A DNA stretch of 64,000 nucleotides from Candidatus Adlerbacteria bacterium (GCA_026397405.1 JAPLUW010000001.1:107138-171137); one strand, 5' to 3'; positions 38,730 through 49,241 are shown, counted from the first letter of the stretch. The notes: generated from the sequence alone by a model not told the origin. Translations and numbers: made by a program.

Positions 38730-39947
38730 TTATACGAGTGCCGCTTCTCCCGCTTTGTATACATCACCCGCGCCCATAGTAAAGGCAATTACATTACCCT
38801 CTAGGGTTTTTAATTTTTCTGTTACTTCTTCAAAACTATTTATTCCGTGTGCGTTACCTCCTTGTTTGTTTACTGCATCGGCAAGTGCGTCATGTGTTGC
38901 AGTTTCGTCATACGCCTCGCGCGCAGCATACACCGGCAAAATATATGTTTCGTCCGCACCACTAAGTGCTTTTGCAAACCCTGCAAATAAGTCACGAGTA
39001 CGGCTGTACAAGTGCGGATGGAAAAACACCACAAGTTTTTTACCAGGAAATTTCTCGCGCGCTGCCGTAATTGTTTTTTGTATCGATGTCGGATGGTGAG
39101 CATAATCATCATACAACTCCGCCCCTGCAGACAATGTGCCTTTGTATTCAAACCGTCGCCATGTGCCAGTAAAATTTTTTAGAGACTCGTCCAATACGTC
39201 CTGTGCAATATCCGGGCATAGCGCCAACACCCCCGCCTTTGCAGCCCGGGCATTGTCTTTATTAAATTGCCCCGGCAATTTCAATTCCGGCACTTCTAGA
39301 GTTCCATATATGGAACTGTCTATCACAGACTTAGATTGCGCCCGTACCTCGTCAAATGCAGTAGCAAATTCTTCCGGCGTTTTATAAAAATCAGTGTGAT
39401 CCCACTCAACATTAGTAACAACAAGTACATCGGGGTGAAACGCTAAAAAGTGTTTGCGATATTCGCACGCTTCCACAACAAAAATATCCGACGCACCGTG
39501 ACGAAAGTTGCTATGCCACTGGGGAACAATACTACCGACCACAACTGTTGGGTCCTTTCCAGCGTCTTCGAGCATCTTCCCTATCATTGCCGTTGTTGTT
39601 GTTTTACCGTGAGTTCCGACAACTGCGATAAGCCGCTTACCTTCTGTCGCTTTACCCAATGCCTCTGGGTAGATCAACTCTGGGATACCTAATTCCCTAC
39701 CTCGTACACGCTCAACATTTTCTGTTTGTATTGCAGCACTGTACACAAGCATGTCTGCATCTTCAGGCACATTTGATGCTGCCTGCCCGATATGCACACT
39801 AATGCCTTTTTCCTCAAGCATTTTTGTTGTGGGCGACGCTTCACGGTCGGAACCTTCCACCTCTGCACCTTGTGCTTTGTACCACTGCACCAAAGCCGAC
39901 ATTCCAATGCCGCCGATACCTACCATGTATATTTTTTTACCTTTCAT
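38730..39947 (-). CDS. murC: UDP-N-acetylmuramate--L-alanine ligase
   Basis: MVGIGGIGMSALVQ N-terminus and GTHGKTTTT P-loop; 405 aa. Confidence 0.9.
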   Translation of the reverse strand: MKGKKIYMVGIGGIGMSALVQWYKAQGAEVEGSDREASPTTKMLEEKGISVHIGQAASNVPEDADMLVYSAAIQTENVERVRGRELGIPELIYPEALGKATEGKRLIAVVGTHGKTTTTAMIGKMLEDAGKDPTVVVGSIVPQWHSNFRHGASDIFVVEACEYRKHFLAFHPDVLVVTNVEWDHTDFYKTPEEFATAFDEVRAQSKSVIDSSIYGTLEVPELKLPGQFNKDNARAAKAGVLALCPDIAQDVLDESLKNFTGTWRRFEYKGTLSAGAELYDDYAHHPTSIQKTITAAREKFPGKKLVVFFHPHLYSRTRDLFAGFAKALSGADETYILPVYAAREAYDETATHDALADAVNKQGGNAHGINSFEEVTEKLKTLEGNVIAFTMGAGDVYKAGEAALV

Positions 39948-39951
39948 ATAG

Positions 39952-41262
39952 TTATTCTAGTGCACCAACTGCTGCCATAAATTGGTCGTTACGGTCATAT
40001 TCGTTGCGGAAGATACCAAATGATGCAAACCCAGGAGAAAATAACAGTACATCACCAGGCACTGCTGCAGCATAGGCATCTTGTACTGCTTTTTCCATGT
40101 CTTGATATAACAAAGCATTTGGAAGGAGTGTTTGTAACTTGTCCGTACCACCACCTGCAAGAAGTAAAACTTTTTTGCATTCTTTCATCCGCGCAGCAAG
40201 TGTTTCGAGCGGAAGGTTTTTATCAGAGCCACCGGCAATAACTATTGTCTGCACTGGTTTAAAAGAAGAAAGTGCGGCACACGTTGCTTCGGGCGTTGTG
40301 GCATTATTATCGTTATAAATTTTTACACCCTTCATTTCCCGCACAAACTGTAGGCGACCTTCAACGGCCTCAAATGTTTCAAGACCATTCCTAATGTCAT
40401 CATCCTGTAGACCAAGCATCCGCAATGCAAGTGCGGCACAACTGGCATTTTCTCTGTTGTGTTCGCCTACTATCCGCAATTGCCACTGTGGAGGCAGCGG
40501 TGGTGGCACAAGCGGTGCAACGGGTGGATGTACCTGTTGGATTTTAGCAACTATCTGTGCCCCCGCGACAAGTTTGTTGCCTGTTTTTTGATGCGTAAAA
40601 ATTTGGGCCTTGTCCCAAAAATATTTTTCCATATCACCACCGTAGTAGTTTAGATGGTCGGGCATCAAGTTGGTAAACACAGCAATGTCGGGACTCAACT
40701 GTAGGTCACCAAACCCCTGCAACTGCCAGGAGTCGAGTTCGAGTACAACAATGTCCCCCGCTTGTACGTCTCCTATCATCGCCAACGTCGAAAGGCCTCG
40801 CACGTTACCGCCCAGATGTACGCGCTTCCCTGCTACTTTTAATGTGTAGTACATTAATGCTGCGGTTGTTGTTTTTCCTCGGGTGCCAGTAACCCCCACA
40901 AGTACTGCTCCGGCCTCACGGGCAAACTTTGCAAACAACGCTGTCGACATATACACAGGCACACCCGCTTTTTTTGCAGCAGCAATTTCAGGTGCATCAA
41001 GCGGCACCCCGGCAGCTTTGATAACCATGTCCGTCTCTGTAAAATCTTTTTCCTTATGTTCGCCTAGCGTGTAGCGGATGTTAGAAAATTGTTTTAGACG
41101 TTCAATGGAGGCGCCTAGTTCTTCGGCAGTTTTTTTGTCAGTAACGAAAAGTTCCCGGCACAGTGGTGCCAGGAACTCTGCGTCGCCCACGCCCCGGCCA
41201 AGGAGCCCGAGACCCATAAGCGTGATGCGTTTACCTGCAAAAAATTCTCTATAGTCGGCCAT
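39952..41262 (-). CDS. murD: UDP-N-acetylmuramoyl-L-alanine--D-glutamate ligase
   Basis: GVTGTRGKTTTAAL P-loop and Mur ligase middle and C domains; 436 aa, immediately downstream of murC. Confidence 0.9.
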   Translation of the reverse strand: MADYREFFAGKRITLMGLGLLGRGVGDAEFLAPLCRELFVTDKKTAEELGASIERLKQFSNIRYTLGEHKEKDFTETDMVIKAAGVPLDAPEIAAAKKAGVPVYMSTALFAKFAREAGAVLVGVTGTRGKTTTAALMYYTLKVAGKRVHLGGNVRGLSTLAMIGDVQAGDIVVLELDSWQLQGFGDLQLSPDIAVFTNLMPDHLNYYGGDMEKYFWDKAQIFTHQKTGNKLVAGAQIVAKIQQVHPPVAPLVPPPLPPQWQLRIVGEHNRENASCAALALRMLGLQDDDIRNGLETFEAVEGRLQFVREMKGVKIYNDNNATTPEATCAALSSFKPVQTIVIAGGSDKNLPLETLAARMKECKKVLLLAGGGTDKLQTLLPNALLYQDMEKAVQDAYAAAVPGDVLLFSPGFASFGIFRNEYDRNDQFMAAVGALE

Positions 41263-41304
41263 ACTCCTTCATCATGCCGCAGCAGCGGCACTACGTAAAG
41301 AAGG

Positions 41305-41922
41305 CTAGTTCTGCGGTGGAAGTGGTGGCAACAAGACGCTACCAATAACGTACACTATACCGTTGCTTGCCTTGTATGCGTGGATAGCAACAGAGCTGTT
41401 AACGCGTGCGCTCTTGTCAGTTGCAAGAACACTAAAGTTCAACATGTCTTTTGACAAGGCCTGTATATTTCCTGCCTTTTGTATGTTTACGTCAATCGCT
41501 TTACCCGAAACAATGTGGTATTGCACAAGGCGCTTCAACTGCGCAGAGTTTAAATTGTTAATGGTGCCGGTTGGCAACTGAGCAAAGCTTGCGTCGGTTG
41601 GAACAAACACAGTGTACGGGCCTTTGCCTGTAAGCGATGCTGAAACCCCTGTTGTTGAAAGCAACGCCGCAAAACGCGACTCACCCGAGAGGCTGGCAAT
41701 AATACCCGCTACGGTCGATGAAGTACGAACTTCTGCAACCACAGGTTGTGCCGGGCTTACCAGCGCGTCTGTTGTCGACGCTGTGGGGCTAGCGTAACCC
41801 ACATCTGTAGGTACATCAGCTTGCTGACGTGCCATATTCCACCACCAAAAACCTACAATAATAACGCCTGCAGCAACTGCCACCCAAACCCATGTTTTAT
41901 TGTTGTTCATATATGAAGACAT
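41305..41922 (-). CDS. Fasciclin (FAS1) domain protein with N-terminal membrane anchor
   Basis: TVFVPTDASFAQLP ... YHIVSG FAS1 H1/H2 motifs, preceded by a TM or signal-anchor helix. Confidence 0.8.
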   Translation of the reverse strand: MSSYMNNNKTWVWVAVAAGVIIVGFWWWNMARQQADVPTDVGYASPTASTTDALVSPAQPVVAEVRTSSTVAGIIASLSGESRFAALLSTTGVSASLTGKGPYTVFVPTDASFAQLPTGTINNLNSAQLKRLVQYHIVSGKAIDVNIQKAGNIQALSKDMLNFSVLATDKSARVNSSVAIHAYKASNGIVYVIGSVLLPPLPPQN

Positions 41923-42105
41923 ACTACGTCTTTGTTAATGAATAACGCATGAAGAAATCAGACACTCAAACTCCCAAACTGAGTGGGCACGGGGTTGAAA
42001 TATCTGGGAGATATTTCAAAAGCTTTTGAGTTATTTTAGAACATTGTGAATAAAATAACCAAACGGTGTACTGTTCCTGTAAGGAAAGCGAACTCCCAAA
42101 ATGAG

Positions 42106-42187
42106 TGGTCATGGGGAGAGTCGAACTCCCACCTCTTGCGAGACACGCTTCTGAGACGTGCGCGTATACCAGTTCCGCCACATGACC
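42106..42187 (-). tRNA. tRNA-Leu (anticodon CAG)
   Basis: Manual fold: 7-bp acceptor GGTCATG/CATGACC, D-arm TGGCGGAACTGGTATACGCG, anticodon stem CACGT/GCGTG with loop CTCAGAA, long variable arm CTCGCAAGAGGT, T-arm GGGAG-TTCGACT-CTCCC. CCA is not encoded. Confidence 0.85.
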
Positions 42188-42344
42188 GTGTCTATAACCT
42201 TACCCAGTTTGTGGTCACGAATCAAATTTGCTAGCTCCGGCTCGCACTACGTGGTCAGGCGTTCAAAAATTGTCGTCACAATTTTTGCCGCACAACCCTG
42301 CCTCGCCCGTCGCCTGAGGGCGACATGGCTCCGGCGCGCACAAA

Positions 42345-42378
42345 AGCAAAAAACCTGCCGCAGGGCAGGTGTTTTTGT
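42345..42378 (-). terminator. Rho-independent terminator after tRNA-Ile (symmetric, bidirectional)
   Basis: cctgcc-gcag-ggcagg stem-loop flanked by A-run and T-run. Confidence 0.6.
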
Positions 42379-42384
42379 CTTTTG

Positions 42385-42457
42385 TGCGCGCACTAGGGGT
42401 CGAACCTAGGACCTTTCGAGTATCAGTCGAATGCTCTACCAACTGAGCTATGCGCGC
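42385..42457 (-). tRNA. tRNA-Ile (anticodon GAU)
   Basis: 73-nt cloverleaf: acceptor GCGCGCA/TGCGCGC, D-stem GCTC/GAGC, anticodon stem TTCGA/TCGAA with loop CTGATAC, T-arm CTAGG-TTCGACC-CCTAG. Located 3' of the 16S as in typical rRNA operons. Confidence 0.9.
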
Positions 42458-42897
42458 GAGTGAGGTACATAAAACACAAGCTGGCTTGTATTTTTGACGA
42501 ACGAGCGCGGATATCGTAGCGAAGCGTAGATATGTCGCGCGTATGTGCGATAGTACCAAATTATCTCCCCACAGGAAAGCGGTTGCTCTTAATACAAACT
42601 TAAGCTACATTTCGGTTAGTTCTTCACAGCGGGGAGCGTCATAGATGAATTTTCACGCGCATCGTGGTTCAACCAAGTGCTTCAGAAGCAGACCCGAGGA
42701 GGAAATCATCGAAAGTGCGGCAACGCCAGCAGTCGAGCCCAAACCAATTTCTTCGAAGAGAAGACGGCGGAAGTCGACGCGCGAAATGTCCGCAGACGTA
42801 GCGATAATCTCCGAACGAAATCGTCCACAGCCAGAGGAGGGGCAAACATCATGATGAGATCCCAGGAGAGCGGTCGCACACGCGAACCGCGCTTCGA

Positions 42898-44719
<1,822 letters not shown>

Positions 44720-45079
44720 AGAGACAATTCACATTTGAATGTGTCATGTTTCTTTTTTACTGTAATGAACGGAACAAGAGAAAAGCGCCCAACCTCACTA
44801 AGTTGAGAAATTAAATCTTGTCCGTGCCTTCTACTCGGAAAAGTAAAAGGACTTCTTTTGCTTGCTCCCATGTTCAGTCGCTCCTAGGTGACTAAACATG
44901 AGAATGATCAATGTTTATCAATTCGATATTGATGCTTTCTTTCTCGGCCGCTATAGCCGAAAAAGATTTTTATTCCAGTGCTGTCAAAGTCTGCTTTGGC
45001 CCCGGCTTCATTCCCCTTTCAGGGTAAACAAAAACCGCCCAAAGGCAGTCAAGACAGTATAGTCATATATGGGAGGGAG

Positions 45080-46075
45080 TCAAGCCTGGGTTTTAGGCAG
45101 TTTCTGTTCTAATTTATAGGCATTTCCGTGCCTCAAAAGCCCTATGTACGACTGTACGGTAGGACTGTCTCCTTCAAGCCCATGGGTGCATTTGAACATC
45201 CTTCGCTTAGTACTAGTTCGCAGTACTCGGTGGTCTGGGAAATGAACCCAACCTAAAAAGTCGACGCCGGAAGAAATAGTCTCTATTGATACTTTGTTCG
45301 GATGTAGTGTAAGGCGTAATTCGTTCCATAAAAAATCTCTCACCTGGACTAGCATATCTTCAAGCCATTTCTTGTCACAAGACAGAAACACAAAATCGTC
45401 TGCATAGCGGATATAGTATTTCACTTTGAGTTTATGCTTCACGAACTGGTCGAACTCGTTCATGTATATGTTTACCAAAAGCTGAGAAGTGAGGTTACCT
45501 AGTGGCAGACCTTTGCCTGGCGCAGTGCTATGGAAGCTCTCTACCACTCTCCTGACAAGACAGAGAATGTCAGTGTCTGGGATACGCCGGTCGAGTATCT
45601 TGTAAAGGATTTTTTGATCCACTGACGCAAAGAATTTCCGTATATCACATTTGAGCACCCAAAGTGTTTTTGTATTGTTACAGCTCGCTTTGGCGAAGTA
45701 TTTCTGGAACGCTTTTATGGCACGGTGCGTTCCTTTATACTTTCGGCAAGAGTATGAATGAGCGATAAATGTCTTATCAAAAAATGGATAGAGTTTCCTG
45801 TAAAGCGCGTGATGGAGCAGTCTATCCCGCACTAAAGCTTTATGGATATTTCTTGGTTTAGGATCAGAAATGTTGAAAGCGTAATACCCGCCATGGACAT
45901 ACGTTTTACTTTTAAGCTCCTCATGGAGAGCAACCATATTATCGAAAAGTTTGTATTGGAATTCGCGCACGTCTTGCTTACTACGTTTGCCCTTTAGGAA
46001 TTCGCGCCATGCGGCAAGCAGATTTTCGGGAGAAATGATATCTTCATATGTATGGTTGAAACAACTTTTACTCAT
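45080..46075 (-). CDS. Diversity-generating retroelement reverse transcriptase
   Basis: RT motifs including YADD (YIRYADDFVFL) and the DGR-specific LGNLTSQ (I/LGxxxSQ) motif. Size is about 330 aa. The ORF track extends it to a TTG at 46102 through a G9 codon run; the ATG at 46075 is preferred. Confidence 0.85.
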   Translation of the reverse strand: MSKSCFNHTYEDIISPENLLAAWREFLKGKRSKQDVREFQYKLFDNMVALHEELKSKTYVHGGYYAFNISDPKPRNIHKALVRDRLLHHALYRKLYPFFDKTFIAHSYSCRKYKGTHRAIKAFQKYFAKASCNNTKTLWVLKCDIRKFFASVDQKILYKILDRRIPDTDILCLVRRVVESFHSTAPGKGLPLGNLTSQLLVNIYMNEFDQFVKHKLKVKYYIRYADDFVFLSCDKKWLEDMLVQVRDFLWNELRLTLHPNKVSIETISSGVDFLGWVHFPDHRVLRTSTKRRMFKCTHGLEGDSPTVQSYIGLLRHGNAYKLEQKLPKTQA

Positions 46076-46131
46076 TCTCCTGAACGTACCCCCCCCCGAC
46101 AATTTGGCAACCGAAACTTATCCCCGTCGTA

Positions 46132-46485
46132 TTGAAATTAAAAGACGCCTATGGTGTCTGGCAGCACTATCTATCTGATTTCCCAAAAGCAAAACGTTTT
46201 ACACTCGGCTCAAAAATAGACGACGTATTTCTTAATGCAATTGAATATTGTTTTCTTGCAAGCTACAGCTCACAGGGTGAAAAATTGGTTCTACTTGATA
46301 GATGTATTGCGCGGACTGACCTTCTTAAGCTCTTACTTCAATTGGCGTGGGAAATTAAAGCTGTGGACAACAAAAAATATATCAATTTGTCCGAATATCT
46401 CACTGAAATAGGAAAGATGCTTGGGGGTTGGCGAAGACAAGTTATAAACAAAACTCCCGTCCACACAGGACGAGAGAAATCGTGA
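46132..46485 (+). CDS. avd: Avd-like four-helix-bundle protein (accessory variability determinant; PF05635 / 23S rRNA IVS-protein family)
   Basis: 117 aa. It matches the family pattern (KDAYGVWQ...FPKAKRFTLGSKIDDVFLNAIEYCFLAS...LSEYLTEIGKMLGGW). It has a TTG start and is divergent from the RT gene. The TR begins 6 nt after its stop. Confidence 0.7.
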   Translation: MKLKDAYGVWQHYLSDFPKAKRFTLGSKIDDVFLNAIEYCFLASYSSQGEKLVLLDRCIARTDLLKLLLQLAWEIKAVDNKKYINLSEYLTEIGKMLGGWRRQVINKTPVHTGREKS

Positions 46486-46490
46486 CGGTG

Positions 46491-46619
46491 GCGAACGGCG
46501 AGGAAGCGGTAGTTGCCATTCCAGTCGTTGTCCCACCAGTTGAGGTTGAGGTTACGCTTGCGGTCGTTCCGGCCGAGGTACGGAACGTTGCGGTTGTCAC
46601 CGATTTGCGCGACAGAACC
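46491..46619 (-). repeat. DGR template repeat (TR)
   Basis: 129 nt. It is identical to 46967-47095 except at 22 positions. At every one, this copy has T on the plus strand (A on the minus, coding strand) and the other copy has C, G or A. Confidence 0.85.
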
Positions 46620-46856
46620 TTGTGCAGGAGCATCGTCCATTCCACCACCCGTTGAATACTCTTCAGGCTGAATCGTACTCGCGATGTAATATATCGCAGG
46701 ACGCTCCGCACCAACTGTCTGTTTTTTATTAGCCGCACCGTACTCTCCAAACAGCCTTAACCATTTGAATTCTCACTCGTGCGGGTTGCGGACAAATTAT
46801 CTGAAGCCGTAACCTCAAATTTTTCACTTGTCATTATTGAGTATATAAAAGCAGAA

Positions 46857-46880
46857 CCGGCGCATGCAAGCATGCGCCGG
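46857..46880 (-). other. Perfect 11-bp inverted repeat hairpin downstream of the DGR target gene/VR (terminator and/or DGR homing-associated stem-loop)
   Basis: ccggcgcatgc-aa-gcatgcgccgg lies 48 nt 3' of the target stop codon. On the minus strand a moderately U-rich tract follows it. Confidence 0.5.
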
Positions 46881-46927
46881 GTAGAAGGACCAAAGTTTCC
46901 AAAGGTCCAAGTGCGAAGTCCAAAGCC

Positions 46928-47584
46928 TCAAGCGGCCGAGGACTGCTCGCCCGTCTTGACGACAGGGCGAACGGCGAGGAAGCGGCAGCCGCCATACCAG
47001 CCGCGGCCCCACCAGCGGAGGCGGAGGTTACGCCCGCGGCCGAACCGGCCGAGGCACGGAACGTAGCGGAAGTCACCGATCTGCGCGACAGAACCGAGGC
47101 CGATTATTGGGTACTTGCGCTGCTCCTCGGGATACTTCTCCCCGAAGGCGAGCAAGTGCTCAATGAGCGCAGGCTCCCAGCCTTCGGCCTTCATGGCCTC
47201 GACCACCTTCTCCGAAGAGATGTCGCGGTCGAAGTGGAAGAGCCGAGCCTCGGCGTACACGGTAACCTTACCCATGCCCGCACCCTTGAGCGGAAACCGC
47301 TTCGCAGTGATGTCGCTATTGGTCCAGTCATAGCGACCAAAAGCGACCATGTCCTCAAGCGTCCGGCCGTAGTCCACATCGAGGGTGAACGTATCGGTCG
47401 GCATAGCGACGCCGAGCTTGAGCGCGGCACGGATGGCGGTACGGTCGAGCACAGCGTCCTTGTCGCAGAGGTCGGCGAAGATGCCGCTTGCAAGAATTTG
47501 CTGCCAACGGTCGGGTGTCATACCCTTCTCGTCGAACAGCTTCATCTGAAGGGCCAGTTGGCCCGATGTCATCATCGTATCCAT
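46928..47584 (-). CDS. DGR target protein carrying the variable repeat at its C-terminus
   Basis: ORF 46928-47674. The start was chosen at MDTMMTSGQ (ATG 47584), which has an AAGGAA SD 8 nt upstream. The last roughly 45 aa (GLGSVAQIGDFRYVPCLGRFGRGRNLRLRWWGRGWYGGCRFLAVRPV) are encoded by the VR. The gene is about 62% GC, against about 42% for the RT gene. Confidence 0.75.
   Translation of the reverse strand: MDTMMTSGQLALQMKLFDEKGMTPDRWQQILASGIFADLCDKDAVLDRTAIRAALKLGVAMPTDTFTLDVDYGRTLEDMVAFGRYDWTNSDITAKRFPLKGAGMGKVTVYAEARLFHFDRDISSEKVVEAMKAEGWEPALIEHLLAFGEKYPEEQRKYPIIGLGSVAQIGDFRYVPCLGRFGRGRNLRLRWWGRGWYGGCRFLAVRPVVKTGEQSSAA
46967..47095 (-). repeat. DGR variable repeat (VR)
   Basis: A copy of the TR with substitutions only at TR-adenine positions. 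The invariant GC-rich 3' end (coding strand CCGCTTCCTCGCCGTTCGCC) is consistent with an IMH-like element. Confidence 0.85.
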
Positions 47585-47774
47585 TGGGACATTTCCTTTT
47601 GGATGGCTTTCCCTTTTGTGGGTTGGCCGTGCTAGCGGACGAAGCAAGGAATATTCCTTTTCGCCATAGCCCAAAAATGCCTACTTAATATTAAATAAGC
47701 GTCTATGGGCTATGGCGATTTCGCGAACGTGTAAAAGAACCACCTCTAATTATACACCATTTTAGGTAATTATG

Positions 47775-48332
47775 TCAAGCCTTAAAACCGGCCTCCTGCA
47801 AGGCTTCTTCCACCTCCACATAGAGCTCCTCTTTTGAGCCATTACTGTGGAAAACATGGTCGGAAATAGCTAACACGGCCCTGATGTTAGGCCCCGTACC
47901 AGTTCCCCCCTCATCTTCTCGTTTAGAATCCGCAAGAAATTGTTCGAACGTAACATTATCCTTTTCTCCTTCTTTGCGTTTAGTTATACGCTCAAAACGC
48001 AGCTCGATGTCAGCATCCACTCCCCACACAATCCCTCCTATGCTTTTTACATAGTTTGCTTCGTCTACTCTATGAATTGCTTCAAGAATATAATTTTCTA
48101 GACCGTTCTTCTGGGCACGTTCGTGGGAGATAGAAAGCACGCCACCTTGATGTTGCTTCATAAGCTCATCCGCCAGTTCAGACAAGTTTTTCCGTGTAGC
48201 AGGCAAACCCTTTTCCGCCAGTATTTCTTTCAAAATACCCGAACTTGAAAAGTCTACGAACCCTTTGGTTTTTAAATACTCAACAGCGGTTCCTTTACCT
48301 GCACCCAAGGTTCCGGTAATACCGATTATCAT
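47775..48332 (-). CDS. P-loop nucleotide/nucleoside kinase-like protein (dephospho-CoA kinase / NMP kinase family)
   Basis: MIIGITGTLGAGKGT Walker A at the N-terminus; 185 aa. Confidence 0.55.
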   Translation of the reverse strand: MIIGITGTLGAGKGTAVEYLKTKGFVDFSSSGILKEILAEKGLPATRKNLSELADELMKQHQGGVLSISHERAQKNGLENYILEAIHRVDEANYVKSIGGIVWGVDADIELRFERITKRKEGEKDNVTFEQFLADSKREDEGGTGTGPNIRAVLAISDHVFHSNGSKEELYVEVEEALQEAGFKA

Positions 48333-48344
48333 TTTTCTATTCTA

Positions 48345-49241
48345 CTACGCGTTGCGGCGAGAGAATTTTTCCCAGGCTACTAGGAGTGGAGATGCAAAAA
48401 AGATAGACGAGTAGGTTCCCACTATCATGCCCACAGTAAGCGTCAGCGCAAATACTTTTGTTGTTTCTGGACCGTAGAAATAGAGGGCCAAAAGCATTAT
48501 GACAACTGTCAGCGATGTGTTTATAGAACGTGCAAGCGTTTGGCGGATACTGTGGCTTACCACGTCACTGAATTCATCGCGGCTGTTTGCGTTGTGCAGG
48601 TTTTCGCGGATGCGGTCAAACACAACAATTTTGTCATTTATAGAAATACCCAAAATGGTGAGGAGTGCGACAATAAACAACGAGTCTACTTCAGCTCCCT
48701 TAAAATGTCCGAGTGCTGCAAACACAGCAACAGGCACCAGCACGTCAAACAACAGCGTCACAATTGCAACAATGCCGTACTTCCACGACGCAACCTGTTT
48801 TGACACCCCACGGAATGCAAAGGCAATAAAGAGCACCATGCATATACCAATAAGCCCGAGCGCGAGCAGCCCTTTATGCAAAATTTCGGCCCCAATGGTA
48901 GGGCTTACTGTTGTAAACTGCACCTCTTCCATTTCACCCAAGTTGCGCAAAGGTTGTTCAAGCGTATTTTTTTCATTAGCGGTCAGGTTGCGCTGGCGGA
49001 GTATGTACCCTGTGTCTCCCGCTGCTTGTACGCGCACTTCTCCTAACGCTAGATCTTTGACTGCATTTTGCACCATCTCAACTGGCGGTCTGCCCGCAGG
49101 GTACGTTACTTCCAAAAGAGAACCTCCCGCCAGGTCAATGCCGGGCTTCAGCCCCCATACAAAAATAGTCGCGACCGACACAAGCACCAAGAGTGCCGGC
49201 AGAAAGAAGTAATACGGAAGATTTTTTGAGATATTAAACAT
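48345..49241 (-). CDS. secF: Protein translocase subunit SecF
   Basis: 6-TM SecF topology with the conserved GIDLAGGS periplasmic motif. It is directly downstream of secD. Confidence 0.9.
   Translation of the reverse strand: MFNISKNLPYYFFLPALLVLVSVATIFVWGLKPGIDLAGGSLLEVTYPAGRPPVEMVQNAVKDLALGEVRVQAAGDTGYILRQRNLTANEKNTLEQPLRNLGEMEEVQFTTVSPTIGAEILHKGLLALGLIGICMVLFIAFAFRGVSKQVASWKYGIVAIVTLLFDVLVPVAVFAALGHFKGAEVDSLFIVALLTILGISINDKIVVFDRIRENLHNANSRDEFSDVVSHSIRQTLARSINTSLTVVIMLLALYFYGPETTKVFALTLTVGMIVGTYSSIFFASPLLVAWEKFSRRNA

Noticed and set aside
46779-47076. ORFs 46779-47066 (+), 46824-47012 (-) and 46834-47076 (-) with Arg/Pro- or Ala/Gly-rich products
   Set aside because: They overlap the GC-rich VR and the target gene 3' end. 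They are frame artefacts of the high-GC repeat.
48499-49212. 237-aa plus-strand ORF
   Set aside because: It is antisense to secF and has no motif support.
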